Origin: Raja brachyura
Taxonomy: Eukaryota
Assembly: GCA_963514005.1 (NCBI GenBank)
Contig: OY740783.1
Coordinates: 133,424,001-133,488,000 of the forward strand
Length of the DNA: 64,000 nt
Reading direction: 5' to 3'
Made by a program: the position numbers and the translations under genes. The notes beneath the pieces are model-generated. The model was not told the DNA's origin, searched no databases, and was given only the letters and a program-made list of their open reading frames with translations. This document shows positions 11,709 through 25,585 of the stretch, piece by piece (the first letter of the stretch is position 1; each line of letters opens with the position of its first letter).

Positions 11709-12320
11709 GGTAAAGTGCTGGAGAAACTCAGCGGGTGCAGCAGCATCTATGGAGTGAGGGTAAGGACCAACTCCGCGAGGCGGAGGAGAGTATCAGTGCA
11801 CGGGTATAGGTTGTTTCTCCGGTCGAGGAAGAACCGGAGGGCGTTGAGACCATCCTGGTGGGGGATGGAGGTGTTGAGTGGCTGGACGTCCATGGTGAAG
11901 ATGAGGGGATGGGGGCGTAGAGACTGGAATGCGCGGAGACGACGGAGAGCGTCTGAGGTGTCTTGAACATAGGTAGGGAGGGATTTAACCGAGGGGGATA
12001 GGACGGAGTCAAGGTACGTGGAAATGAGTTCGGTAAGGCACGAACAGGCAAAGATAATGGGTCTACTGGGACAGTCAGGTTGGTGGATTTGGGGGAGAAG
12101 GTAAAATTGGGCCATGCGGGGCTGGGGAACGATGAGGTTGGAGGCTCGGAAAGGCAGGGAACCGGAGTTGATGAATACGGTAATTGTGATGGAGATAGTG
12201 GCCTAGTGCTCGTCAGTGGGGTCATGGTCCAGGGGTAGGTAGGAGGAGGTGTCCAATAGTTAGAGCGTGGCCTCAGCTTTGTAGAGATCGACGCGCCGGA
12301 CATTTGAGGGTTAGGACCTT
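11709..12320 (-). mobile_element. Penelope-like RT fragment inserted only in duplication copy 1
   Basis: ORF 11747..12115 (RPII...YLDSVLSP...YVQDT...FTMDVQPLNTSIPH). Absent at the equivalent site near 26314 and flanked by CCTT. Confidence 0.88.
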
Positions 12321-14373
12321 ACTCGCCACCTTCAACGTTCTCCCATTATCAGTCACATCTCCCATTCCCACCCACTTCCGCCTTTGGTAGAGACCACACT
12401 CTCCGCAAACCTTTGGTTCGTCCAACTCCTGATGGTCAGTAACATAAAGCCCCACTTATAGTATTGAAAGTGTTGACCAATGACAGCAAGCGTGCCATAC
12501 GCCTTCTTCGCTACAGTAGCTAACTGTCACCCTAAGGGCACAATGTCATTGTACCTCTTGATCTGTCTGTTTTGCAGCACACCCCAGATGAGGATGTTTC
12601 CACTAGTGGGAGAGTCTAGGACCAGAGGTCGTGGCCTCTAAATAGCAGGACGTGCCTTTAGAAAGGAGATGCGAAGGGATTTATTTAGTCAGGGGTCGGT
12701 GAATCGGTGGAACTAAATGCCACATAAAGCTGTGGAGGCTGTCAATTGATATTTTTAAGACAGTGATCGATATTTATCAGTACGGGTGTCAAGGTTATGG
12801 GCAAAAGGCAACAGAATGGAAAATAGATCAATGGATGTCAATGGATGATGTGGGGCGGGTGGGGAATGTGGTGACATTGTCCATACCTAAGTGTCCTTCA
12901 GGGGGTGGTGGTGAGGCGCCTACTTGATCCACCGAGCCTTTGGTGACGGTTATCTGGTGACGGCTAGGATGGAGGAAAAGGCGTATGGCGATCGCCATTA
13001 AAAAAAAAAAACAGAGTGAGGCTCTCGCTAAGCAAGAGGAGAAAATGTGACAGAGAGCAGGCAGCGATGTGGAGAGAGAATTAGCGGCAGAGCAGTCCCG
13101 TTGTTAATGACCGGGGCTGCGAACTGATGGGGCCGACTGGTTTCCAGTAGGGAGAAGATCTAATGGAGGGATTTAACATTGTCTACAGGGAGGTTGTTCC
13201 CATTGGTGGACAGAGAAGAGATGACGATAGAGAATGGGGATGATTAGCAAAGTAACCAAGTGTGTTGCTGGGAGCCATTAATGTTAGTTTTGTCGTTTAG
13301 CAACTCCTGAACATTCTGCAGCAAATGAAGGAAGCAACTTCTGCATTTCAGGGTCCAGGAATAAACAGCCGTGAGAGAGGACGTCACAGCACTGACGTGC
13401 TGGTGGACAAATGTCTGTGGGGTTATCGTTGCTTGGTCTTGCTGTCGCTCCGATTGCAGGGTGGCAACGGGTGATTCATTCTTTATATTCACTTCCTCAC
13501 ACAAACTGGAAAACACAGAAACAGAGTTCACAGCCACAATATTCTTGGAAACAAAGTGAGTGACAGCTACCCTGGAATGAGATACTGCCTTTTATGGGTT
13601 GCATTGGATTAATGTAGGATTAATGTGAATGGGTCACATTAATCCTACCTAAGCCAGCCACACACCTTAGTCGCCACACTGACTACCCGTGTCGCCAATT
13701 CAGGAAAATGTTAACCCTTGGGCTCTTTGTTTTACAGCACTCACCAGGCCCTGTCGTTCACAGTGTAAGTCACCCTGGTATTACTTTTTTAAATGCCTGG
13801 CCTTGTATTCCTTCGCATATTTTCCCAGTTGATCTAGATTATCATTAATTTTCTGTGCCAGTGCTATTAAATGTAAAAAACTGTCTGACGTTCTCTACAT
13901 TCCGCGAGGATCACTAGGATTATGACGATGGATACTTGTTGGCACAGTGTACACATGTGGGGTTAGAAGGCCTGTTCCTGCACCACATCGCTCCATGGCG
14001 ATAATGCTGGGGACACGAACATGCAGATCCGGAATCTTGTGCGAAAACCAAATTGCTGGAACAAGATAATCGGTTCGGGCAACGCCTGTGGAGGAGAATG
14101 GGCAGATTACGTCTCGGCTCGGGATCTCTTTATTCAGACGTCGTCTGTCAATGTCCCTTCACGGATACAGCTTAATCCGCTTAGTTCCTCCATGGCATTG
14201 CTTTTTGCTCATGACCCTGACATTGCTCAGTATGAAATAACTAATTATCAGTATTTATAGCAGTTCCTCAAATCTTTGCCGGAAATGCAGATATACTTGG
14301 AGCAAGTTCCGCGTTTCAGCGTCAAGAATCTCACAGCAGTGAGTGCGGTGGACAGCGCACTGAAGTGCTGGCG

Positions 14374-14434
14374 ATGTGCTCTCTCTGGGTGTGTCTCTGC
14401 ACCGTCCTGCTCTCCGTCTCAGTCCACGGGTACA
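14374..14434 (+). CDS. Gene A signal-peptide exon
   Basis: MCSLWVCLCTVLLSVSVHGY plus phase-1 donor A|gtaggt. Conserved in copy 2. Confidence 0.75.
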
Positions 14435-15515
14435 GTAGGTGTTTTGTTGACCATGTTATCTCCTCCTTGTCTCGTCATATCTCCCAATGTACCGGTTCGC
14501 ACTCTGTCCGCGCTCCAGCAGTTTGTACTTTGGCTGAGATCGATCAATGGGTGTGGTGGGGCTGGTGGGGAGTGAGGCGATATTGTCCATACCTAAGTGT
14601 CCTTCAGAAAGTTGTGGCGAGGCGCCCTGGTGACCCACCGAGCACTTGGTGAAGATGGTGAAAATACGTATGGAGACCGCCATTCATGAGACTCTCGATC
14701 AGCAAGAGAGGAAAATGTGACAGAGAGGAGGCGGGGATGTGGAGAGATAATTAACCGCAGAGCAGCCGCGACGTGTGTTATTATTTTCCGCAGGTGTGAG
14801 CTGGAGGGGCCGACTAGTATGCAGCTCGGTTGAGGTCGGGACGAGATCTAATGGAGGGATTTTGCGCACATGAATGTTGTTTCCATCGGTTGTGGCGCCG
14901 GGGGCGGGATAGGGGGGCAGGAGCGAGGGGGGTGGGGAGGGTGGGGTAGGGTAGACGGATAGATTTAATCGACGGTATGTGAAAGTAAGGAATATTCAGG
15001 GCTGTGTGTTGAGAATATGGATAAGAAGTCCGACTGGCTGGATTGATTTTCCATGAAGTCGGTATAGAACCGATGGGCCGAATGACAATCTCCACTTTGT
15101 ATCCATTATGTGACAGCAAGGGAATCCCAATAATCCATCTCCGGCTCCAGTCCTACAAAATGTCCAAACATTTCCTCTGCCCAGAAAGTAAATCAGCAAC
15201 ATTATAAAAACCAACTGACCCGGGGAGCAGACGTGAATCACACACCCATGAACAGTTGATTATATCCCAGCTTGTAACCCACTCCCCGTGTTGATGTATC
15301 TGTCCCACAGACATCTGAAGACATCGCGGGGCAGTGTGGATTTGGAACTCCACACCTGTACCNNNNNNNNNNNNNNNNNNNNNNNNNNNNNNNNNNNNNN
15401 NNNNNNNNNNNNNNNNNNNNNNNNNNNNNNNNNNNNNNNNNNNNNNNNNNNNNNNNNNNNNNNNNNNNNNNNNNNNNNNNNNNNNNNNNNNNNNNNNNNN
15501 NNNNNNNNNNNNNNN

Positions 15516-15892
15516 GACCAGGCGTTGGACAATATACGGTGCGGATGGGGTGTCTGCCGTGGAGGGGGCCTCCGCTGTGTTGCCGTGTACATTCACCCAC
15601 CCACGCACTGATCGCATCCTCACCGGCTCCGTGCTCTGGCACGAGGTTTCATCACAACCTCCCAGCCTTGTGTTTAAATGCACATGTCTCGGTCCCGGCC
15701 GCTCCCGGTGCGTTGAAGTGACACAGGAGGCTGGAGGAGGTCGGTTCAAATTAGTGGGGAAGCTCAGAGAGGGTGATGCCTCGATAATGGTGGAGCGACT
15801 GAGACTGGAGGACAGTGATAAGTACCGGTGCGGCCTGGAGCTCAGTGTTGGGTATTTTCAATCTCAGATTCCAACGCAGCTGACTGTGGAAG
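15516..15892 (+). CDS. Gene A V-set Ig domain 1, Siglec-15-like (acceptor hidden in gap 15363-15515)
   Basis: WTIYGADGVSAVEGASAVLPCTFTHP...W...VFKC...C...GRFKLVG...ERLRLEDSDKYRCGLE...LTVE G|gtgaga; open frame, phase 1. Confidence 0.9.
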
Positions 15893-17038
15893 GTGAGAAC
15901 AAAGTTCCGAGACTGTCGCTGCCCCAGAGCTCACGGACCGCGGGTTCCCCCGGTACAATGCTGATCAATACATGTTGATGGTTCAATTCAATGATTCAAT
16001 TATACTGTATTCTCACGCGTACATAGGTACTGCGAAATATTTTGTTTTGCAGACAAGCGTGAAAAATCATGTAGCAGACCTCACCTTGACAACACACAAG
16101 TGTCGCCATATTTTGGCGCCGAGAGTTGCAAAGATTCACTGCAGTTCTCTCTACTGCCTGTCGCCGCTCGTGATATCGCCCCCACCTCCCTCTCACTGTC
16201 ATTCTCGGCTGCCCACCTCGCCCCCCGACGGCCATCTTCACTCTCCGACGACCCTCCGCACTATCAGACGACCCTCCTCACTCTCCGACGGCCCACCTTC
16301 CTCTCGGCGGTTGCTCCCGGGTCCATCTTCGTTTTTGCGGCGCGGATCCTGTCGTTAGGTCCGCGGAAGGCGAGCCGGTCCTAAAGCAGGGCCAAGCCGG
16401 AGAACACGTGCAGCCGCACTGTTGGGCGAGAACAATCGCCTCGTGGGGTCGGGTGGGGTGGGGGTTGGTGGCTGAAGGGCCGGGGTTCCTGCTCCTGAAT
16501 CAGCTCCAGTTGATCCGTCTGGAGAGTGCGCTCCTAGAGTGGACGAGACGCCGGCGCTGGTCGACAGTGAAATACAGGTGGATGTGTAAACCGAGAAATA
16601 GGAAGATGCTGATCACCTTGTTGAAATTGTTCTCCAATTATCAATGGAAACAGAGGTGCCCAGTAGTAAAGGAGGTGTTGGGCCCCAATCCCCTGTCGGC
16701 GGGTCTCCCTCTCTGTGTGGAATTCACCGCTTCAAACAATGAATATACCCAATGGAGAACAGTGTTGGGATCCGGGGAGGCGCGGGTTCGCTGTCGCTCA
16801 CTCTCTCGCTCTCAGAGCAGCGAGGAAGAGCCGCGCTGTCAGCGGCGACCAGTGACCCCTGATCCGGAGCCACCCTTTGAACGCGTCCTGTCCCTTGCGC
16901 CCTCTGACCCACCTTCCCTGGGACCGTCACTATCAGCTGCACACTGAGCACCGCCTTCACCCACTCCCACAGGGAGAGGTCGGTACAAGACCATTCACCC
17001 ACAGAACTGATACATTCCGGTGTCTATCCTTCCCTCAG

Positions 17039-17452
17039 CTCCCGGCGGGAATGTCTCCGTGGTGACTGGGACTGTGGGAGGTTCGGCCACGTTACCCTGT
17101 GTGTATCGGCAATCCCAGTATCACCGCAGCGCCCTCAGGGTGACATGGATGAGGAAGGATCCCTACGGACACATCGTCACGTTCAGACCTCAAGCTGAAG
17201 GATCCTGGGCGGCGGAGAACGGAGCAATTCGGTTCGTGCTGGTCGGGGACCCAAAGCTGGGAAGCGCCTCAACCAGGATAAGGCAGCTGAGTGTGGACGA
17301 CTGTCACGGCTACCTGTGTCTGGTGGAGTTCAGCGAACCGGAAAACTACGATCCCATAAAGGACGTCGACTACAAGTTCAGGAGCAGTGTGCACCCGCCG
17401 TACACCCATCAGTACCAGTGTGAGGTCCAGCTCCGGATGCGGGTCACACGCG
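17039..17452 (+). CDS. Gene A V-set Ig domain 2 with long FG loop
   Basis: cag|...GGSATLPCVY...VTWMRKDP...RFVLVGD...QLSVDDCHGYLCLVEF...RVTR G|gtaagg; 414 nt, phase 1-1, open. Confidence 0.9.
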
Positions 17453-18764
17453 GTAAGGAACTATCGCCACATTCTGCCGTGTAGAGCGAAGGTGCAGAGG
17501 GAGGGAGGGGAGCATGAACAGGAAACCTCGTCTCTCAGGACTCATTAGGCACAGCCTCGCATCTGGAGGGTCAGATACAACTCCAGAGAAAAGTCAACCA
17601 TAGTTGATCCATTTATGGGAGTCCTTTGGCGAGGTGAGGAATTGAATGCCTAATAGGGAACAAGGTTCTGTGGTACTAGGATCTAAGTTGGGTCCCAGCC
17701 ACGAGTTTGGGGAACCAGATGCAACAAGGCGGCATTAAGTCAATGGACTGTCAGGGATTGAGAAGAAGTTATCGAGCAGAATGTAGAATTAAATATCTGG
17801 ATCTCTGTCATGTTGAGAGTCTGCGGCTGGCGAGGTACGTCAGAGATTGGTTCTTGGGTCTCAGCTATTCACAGTCTGCATCAGTGAGTTGATTGAGGGG
17901 GGCAATTGTCAGGTTTGATAATGATGGTAGTGCCGTGGGACTGTGAGAGGGCAGAAGGACACGGGGATGCGGGGCAGGTGGACAAGCTGAATAAGTGGGT
18001 GGGAGCATAATGTGGAATAAAATGTGGCGAATTGTCAAATTATCCACACGGTTGAACTAAACATAAAACCAGGGTGTTTATTAAATGTTGAGATCGGTTA
18101 AATGAGAGATCGGGCGCTGTGGATGTTTAAAAGGACCTGAGTGTGCTTGTTCTCATGTCAATGAAGGGTGATGTACTGATGTGGAAGAGTCGAGAAAGGC
18201 AATAAGTGGTCAGGTTTTATCAAGAGACGATTTATATTCAAGCGTTGAGATGTTTCACTGCAGTTATGTGAGGATCTAGCGACACCACCCCTGCAGTACT
18301 GGGTCGGACTTCGTTCATCTTAACTACAATAAAGCCATGATTAATGTGGAGCGTGTGTAGTGAACATCCCGTCACTATTTCCCGGAAGGGCAGGTTGTTG
18401 AAGATCAGGGGAGATTGAGTAGACCAGAGACCGTGGAGAATGCAGGTACAGGAACATTGCGCAGGAAAAAAGCTGCTGGGGGAACTCGGTAGGTTAGGCA
18501 GCAAGTCTGGAAGGAAATTAACAATGTCAATTCATATCGAGACCTTGCCTCAAAACTGGAAGGATTCCCGGACTAAACGACGTCTTTGCATTTCCTTCTA
18601 CCGTTTCCTGACTTCCTGAGCGCTGTCAGCAGTCTGTTATTTGCAGGTTAGACCTGTATTCTCCAGAGTGTCGAGCATGAGAGGTGATCTTAGTGAAGCG
18701 TACACCATTTGTACATTGTCGATAGCTCCCCGTTCCCAGTGACCACTCTGACCTCTCTCCTCAG

Positions 18765-18863
18765 TCACACAGGGTTACATGATTCTGATCCTGTGGATCG
18801 CTCTTGGATTGAAAACCCATTTCTTTTAGTGATGTGTGTTATCTTCTACCGTGACAAACTCAG
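18765..18863 (+). pseudogene. Gene A transmembrane exon with Lys and a 1-nt deletion
   Basis: cag|VTQGYMILILWIALGLKT[fs]FLLVMCVIFYRDKL AG|gtaagt; 99 nt versus 100 nt in gene C. As written it stops after THFF. Confidence 0.85.
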
Positions 18864-19617
18864 GTAAGTAATATTGCTTTTCTATGACTGGAATATCAAC
18901 TCAATGGCCCTTGGTGTGATTGAAAAATGTGAGGTTTCATAGGCGCGCCAACCATCGAGCATCCATGCACTAGTTCTATCCTGCACTATAGGGGACGTTT
19001 GCAGAAGCCAATTATCCTACAAACCCACACGTGTTTGTGATATGGGACGGAAATAAAACATGCGGTCACGGGGAGCACGTGGAAACGCCGCACAGACAGC
19101 ACCCGTGGTCAGGATCGAACCCGGGACTCTGCGCTGCAAGGCAGCATCTCTCCAACTGCACCACCGTGGTACCCCTGTCGCGTTGGAAATACATTGTCCA
19201 GGTGCATCATGTACCGGCAGATGGAAGAACAGCTTCATATCCGCTCAGACGCTCGGAGAAATCCCTCAACAGATAAGAATGTATTCCCGATCCTCATGTC
19301 TACCTTGATAGGGCCCTTGTCCTCTGCCCTTTATCTGTAACCCTATATTCTTCACGGCTTGGGTCTATGGAATAATTTATCTGGAATACAGACGCAAACA
19401 TGTTTTTTCTGTGTCAAGGTGACAATAAACCAATACCAGTACCCTGTTGTAGGTCGGACAATCTTCCTCACTGTCAACACAACCACCAATATAAGTGTCT
19501 CCTGTTAAATTAATCACCTGTTTCGCATATTGATGTCCACCTCAAATGGAGTTGCCAGAAATGGTCTTGTGGTACAATTACTGAGGCTTGTTCTAATTGG
19601 TCTTCTTCTGTCCGCAG

Positions 19618-19795
19618 CAAGCGTGGAGACCGATCCATCCTAGGAAGCTGAGCAGTGTTCAGACTGCAATATAACCTGCCTCGCTATGCAGTCCGCCGAT
19701 CATACCTGCTTTTGCGGTCCGGCTGATTTGTCGACCTATGGTTCTCAATCATATTAATTCTCCGACTGGCTTTAATATTTATGTGATATAATAAA
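19618..19795 (+). other. Gene A probable last exon (short tail, 3' UTR, AATAAA at 19790)
   Basis: The acceptor aattactgaggc...ggtcttcttctgtccgcag| is homologous to the gene C acceptor at 37067. Early stop in either plausible phase. Confidence 0.55.
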
Positions 19796-22700
19796 ATGCA
19801 GTACTTCCAATTCAAAGAAAAAGTTCTGTACACTGAGAGGGTTTGATATCTGGAATATGCTCGGAATGAAAGTGGCGAAAATGAGGTACACCAACATGTA
19901 CGATACAATTTAGACGTATGAACAGGGTCTTAATTAGGAAAACGTTGGAAGGATAGACAAAGGGCTGCAAATTCACAGCTGGTTAGAAGGGGACCGGGCA
20001 CGAAGCGTCATCTATCCATGCCCAACACAATTGCTGCCTGATCCGCTGTGTAACTCTAGCACATCGTGTCTATCTTTGGTATACACCGGCATCGGCAGTT
20101 CCCGCTTATTACAAGTTGGAAGGATATGGATCTAATTGGGACCAACGTGGTTCATGTACATAAACAAAGATGTTCATATCGACATGATTGTCCGAAGGCC
20201 CGATTTCATGACTGCACAATTCTCTGACACGTTGACTCCAGAAGCATGTCCAAACCTCCCTGCTGTGGCAACCCCTGGATCCTGACGAATGTATTTCAAG
20301 TCCTTTGCTTTGTAGTGCTCTGCTTATAAACCTCAAATGAACCATTGAGCACGCAGGGAACACAACCTGATTATTAATGCAGTTTGCTTAATTTAAAATA
20401 TTTACTTCCGAAGTAAATTTTAATGGAAGGGCGATAAATCGAAAATACAAATCAAATTCACTTATAAATTCACATAGAGAACATAACTTTAGTTTTGAAT
20501 TATGTATGCTTAATTTCGAATATGTCTGAATCTCTCAATATATTTGAATGGGAGAGCAACATGGAACAACATCTAAAATGGTTATTAAATTCAGCTATAC
20601 AATAATTATTTGGTTTGCTTTAATTTGATGTTTTATATTGATACAATGACGTTCGGAATTATTTGTAACATTTCCAAAGGGCCATTCGGTCCATTGGGCC
20701 AATGGCCACACCGAGCATTTGACTCATCTCCAGTTCTATTTCTTTGTTACCTGTTATCTTACACACATCTCTGTCCATTCCCCGCCATTTTCCAGCCCAA
20801 CACCGTAGCGCTTGATCTTAGTTTAGAAATACAGCATGTAAACGCTTTCGGTCCACAGAATCCACATCCACCATCGATCACCCGTTCACACGACTCCTAT
20901 GCTATCCCAGTTACTCATCCACTCGCTATACACCAGGTGAAATGGACAAAGGCCAATTGATCTACAGACCCGCACGGTCTTGGAATGTGGGTAGAAACCG
21001 GGGTACCCGGAGAAAACTACCCGGTAACAGGCAGAACAGCACAGACAGGAGCTCAGTTTGACAAGTTGGTGCCTGCTTTCAGAATCATAGAACATGCAAA
21101 CAGGCCTTTCGGCCCAATTCGTTGATGTTGCCCAAGATGCACAACCGAATTTGGACCCATTTGCCTACGTTTCACAAAATATCCTTTTAAATATTTTCTA
21201 CACATTGACCCATAAATCTCCCAACCTTTCATATGCTAGTCGTTTGCGTTTCCCAGGCCAAGCAGGTGCCATGGGAATACGGAACCTCAGTGTTTAAAGG
21301 GAGCGTGGGTCCCATGCCCGGGTTAAAATAAAGGAACACACAAACCCTGGGCCTCTGTTTGTCAGGGCTATTACGAAAGTGTGGATCTTGGTGTGTTAAC
21401 AAACTTTAACCCACAAACTAACAAAGCAAATTCCAATCAAACTCAAATCATCAATTCCAAGTAAATCCAGTCTCCCGTATTCCTGCCCCAACCAGACCTT
21501 ATGTTTTAGAAATATAGCGTGGAAACAGTCCCTGCGGCCCACCGCGTCCCCGCCGACCAGTGAACCCGGTATTAACACTATAGTACACATCGGAGGAAGC
21601 CCGCGCGGTCACAGAGAGAACATACAAACTCCGTGGTGGCGGCTCGCATAGTCAGGATCAAACGCGGGTCTCTGGCGCTGTAAGGCAGCAACTCCACTGT
21701 TGCTCCACTGTGCCATCCCAAACCCTTCTTCAATCTTCTGAAGATGGGGTCCAGTGACAGTTCACCCTCTGTCACTGGATCTTTCACTTTCTGACCCTTG
21801 GATCACAAGCAGCGAAGATAGGTGACAAAACATCCCCCACAATAATTCTCAACACACGTGCCTCGCAAAGGTGTATTCGCAGTCCCTTACTATTCTCCCT
21901 ATAGTCGCGGTAGTGCGGACCAACTATGCTCTGGATCATCTACCAGTTTTGAGATGACGCCATTGTAGTGGGACGGTGTCAAACAATGATGAGATGGTGT
22001 GCAGGATGGAGATAGAGAGGGTAGTAAAGCAACCCCCACCCCTCCTACAATATCAACAGGAGCGGAAGGTTTACGACCCGAACGGTCAGCTATCCACGTC
22101 GTCCAGAGATGCTGCGTGAGCCGCTGGAAGTAGTTGAGGGCTTCCGGTTCCTTTGGGCAAATATCGCCAAAAATGTGTCCTCGGGATATGAAGAGAGTTC
22201 AGCATGTCCCCAATAACAACCCACAGGGTGGTAAGAGCCTGGATGGTTCTGCTTGGCGTAATGCTGGAGGCAGATGCCATAGTGACATTCATGAGGGGCT
22301 TGGGTGGGCAGCTGGATATGCAGTGAATGGAGGGATATGGATGAAGTCCACCGATCTCACCTACTTTTGCGATCTGACTGATTTTTTATCGAACTTTGCT
22401 TGTCAATCATATTAATTATCTGACTCGCTTTTAATTTGTTAATATCACACGGCCGTTTACTAATTTCTCCAGTTTACGCAGTCAGTTTCAAGGGGGCACT
22501 GGGTGTGTCCCCCAGCGGCTTTAAAGGGAGTGAGGGGTGAGTTTAAAGGGACCGCGGGAACAGCAGCTCAGTTTGCCAAGTTGGTGCCTGCTTCTAGAGT
22601 AATAGAACTTGCAAAGAGGCCCTTCGGACCCACCCATTGATGCTGCTCAAGATTCCCCGTCCAAGATAGACCCATTTGTCTGCGTTTGGCCCATGTCGCT

Positions 22701-24449
22701 CGAAAGTCATTTCTACCCGTCACTCTCAACCTTCCCTTTCTGAGTCCGCTGTGTTCCCCCAAGGAGGTACCGTGAGAATACAGAGCCTCGCTGCGAGAGC
22801 GAGGAAACCGGTTCCAGGGTTTCTATAACAGGACACTGAACGTCAGAGACAACTAAGTAATCACTCCTGAAAAAAACATAAAGTGCTGGAGCTACTCGGC
22901 GCCTCAGGCAGGCATCTCTGGAAGACTGGATAGCTGACGAATCGGGAATAGCGGAGTGCACTCGATAGGCGAATGAACTAATTCTGTTGCAGTGTCATGT
23001 AATCTTATGATCGTATACATATATGTCGAAATACCGTTTGGAAGTCATAATCGCATCTGCTTCCATAGCTTCATTCCAGATGCAGACGAATGTCTGTGAA
23101 AATATTGTCCATCTGTCCCCTCTTACATCTCTCCAGACTCACAACCCTCTGCCCTCTAGTTGTAAGATCATCTGTCTTGGTATAAATACTGCGAGCTCCA
23201 GTTAATCCAGGTCCCTGATACTGTATACCTCAATGGAGTCACCCCTCAGCCTCGTGTACTTTAAAGGAAAATGTCCCAGCCTATCTTACCTCTCCCTATA
23301 ACTGAAGCCTGCAACCCCATGTAATACTTCCTATAGCTGATCGGCCACAGTGCTCCGAATGTGGTCTCAACAATGACTTGTAGAACTGAACCATGATATT
23401 CCAAATTTTGTATTCCATATCATTTCCGGAATATGTACTGTACTAGCAGGTCTCCCTGTTCTGCAACATTCTCCATGGCTCTACCAAGTCCCGTTTTGGT
23501 TTAACACAATAAAGTGGACGTTTTTTTTTTACACTGAGAGTGTTTGCAATCTGGAATATTTAAAAAAAGGGATGAAAATTAGATACAAATACTTGCTCAA
23601 GAGGCGTTTGGACAAATATTTAATTAGGCAAAAGTTGAAAGGTTAGACAAAGTCCTGCCGTTTCTCGGGTCAGAAAGGATCCCCACTCGATGCGTCACCA
23701 ATCCAAGTCCTCCAGAGATGCTGCCTCGGCCGCTGACTTACTCTACCACGTTGTGTCTATCATTGGTATAAACCGGTATCTGCGGTTCCTTCTCCTTACA
23801 AGTTGGAAGGATATGGATCTAATTCGGACAAACAAGATTGATGTGCACAGCCAAAATGTTCACATGAACATGGTGGGCCTAAGGACCAATTTCTCCACTG
23901 CAATTCCATGACACGTTCACTCCAGAAGCATGTCCAACCCTCCTTGCTGTGGCAACCCCAGGATCGAACTAACGTATTTGATGTCCTTTTCTTCGCAAAC
24001 CTCAAATCTGCTTATATGCATCAAACGATGCATTTCACACGCAGGGAACACAATCTAATTATTAATGCAGTTTGCTTAATTTAGAATATTTGTAACCTTC
24101 GAATCTAATTAAAATGAATCGAATCTAAAATGCTATTTCAATTCAATTATGCAATACGTACAAAATATATCTTTATTTTTAATGCAGTATACTTAATTTA
24201 GAGTATATATTTAGGCACGTCTTTAAATGCATTTTGAATATAAGGGATATACGGAACATAGTGAAAATTGTTTATAAAATTCAGCGGTACAATGATTATT
24301 TGGTTCACTTTAATTGTTATTTTAATTCAATTACGTATTCAATTGCTTGTAACATTTCCAAAGGGGGCTATACGGCCCAGTGGGTCCATGTCCACACCGA
24401 GCATTCGACTCCTCTTCCGTTCGACTCCTTGATACCGACAACAGGTCCA

Positions 24450-25585
24450 CGGACGATGCCATCGTCCTAGCCTTATAGCACTGCCGACAACGCTTAGATA
24501 ACAGATGCACCTACGTCAGACCTATTCAAAGACCACAGCCCTGCCTTCAATGCCATGATAGCTTTCCAAACTCATTACCAAATTCTCGGGACTTGGGGTC
24601 AGCACTCATCTCTATCAATGGATCCTCGACTTCCTTACCAAGTGACCCCAAATCAGTAAGGATTGGGGACAAATTATCCTCCACTATAATCCTCAACATG
24701 GGGGCTCCGCAAAGAAAGCCTTCTCAGCCCCATTCTTCATTCCTTGTACACCCTTGTAGCCATGTATACATCTAATTCAATGTTCAAATTTGATGACAGC
24801 ACCACTAGTGTGGGCCGGATACCATATAATTATGAGATGGAGTACAGTTGGGAGATTAACAACCTCGTGTCCTGGCACCCAGACAACAAACATTCTCTTA
24901 ATGTTTGCATGTGAAAGGAAATCGTGATCGACTTCAGGAGGCGAAGCGATACACAAACTCCAGTTTGCCTTCATGGTGCCGAAGGAAAGATGGTTGAAAA
25001 CTTCAAATTCCTATGTCAATATCCCCAGCAACTTCTCCATGACCACCCATATTGAAGCAATGACCAAGAAGGCACACCAGCGCCCCTATTTCCTGAGAAG
25101 GCGTAGGAAGGTCGGCATGTCCCCTACAAGTCCCACTAACTTCTACAGATGCGCTTTGGAAAGCGTTTATCATGTTGCGTCACAGCTTGGTTTGGAAACA
25201 GCTCCATCCGAAACCGCAGGAAAGTGCAGGGAATTGTGGACGTAGCCCCGACCATCACACATTCCCTTTTATTGACTCAAATTACACATCATACTGCCTC
25301 GGCAAGGCCAGCAGCATAATCAAGGACGAGTCACACCCAGGCCACTCCACCTTCTCCCCTCTCCCATCAGGCAAAAGGTAGAACAGTGTGTAAACCCACA
25401 CGTCCAGATTCAGGGACAATTTCTTCCCAGTTGTTATCACGGAACTGAATCATCAACCAAAGAGGAGTACTGAACTACTATCTACCCTATTGATGATCCT
25501 AGGAGGCTCCTTGACCGGACCAGTGTTTTTCACAGATCCTCAGTACACGTGACAAAAAACTAAACTAAGCAAAACTAAACTAAAC
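24450..25585 (+). mobile_element. Rex1/Babar-like LINE 3' fragment (duplicate of 9720-10998)
   Basis: KKAHQRPYFLRRRRK motif and (ACTAA)n tail. Confidence 0.75.

Larger units (their letters stand above)
9570..18945 (+). repeat. Segmental duplication, copy 1 (contains receptor gene A)
   Basis: Colinear similarity with 24300-33563 through LINE, promoter, leader, V1, V2 and TM. Confidence 0.93.

Noticed and set aside
16408-16947. 179-aa ORF in the V1-V2 intron, with a counterpart at 30659-31108
   Set aside because: The frame is not conserved between duplicates and there is no domain or clear exon boundary.
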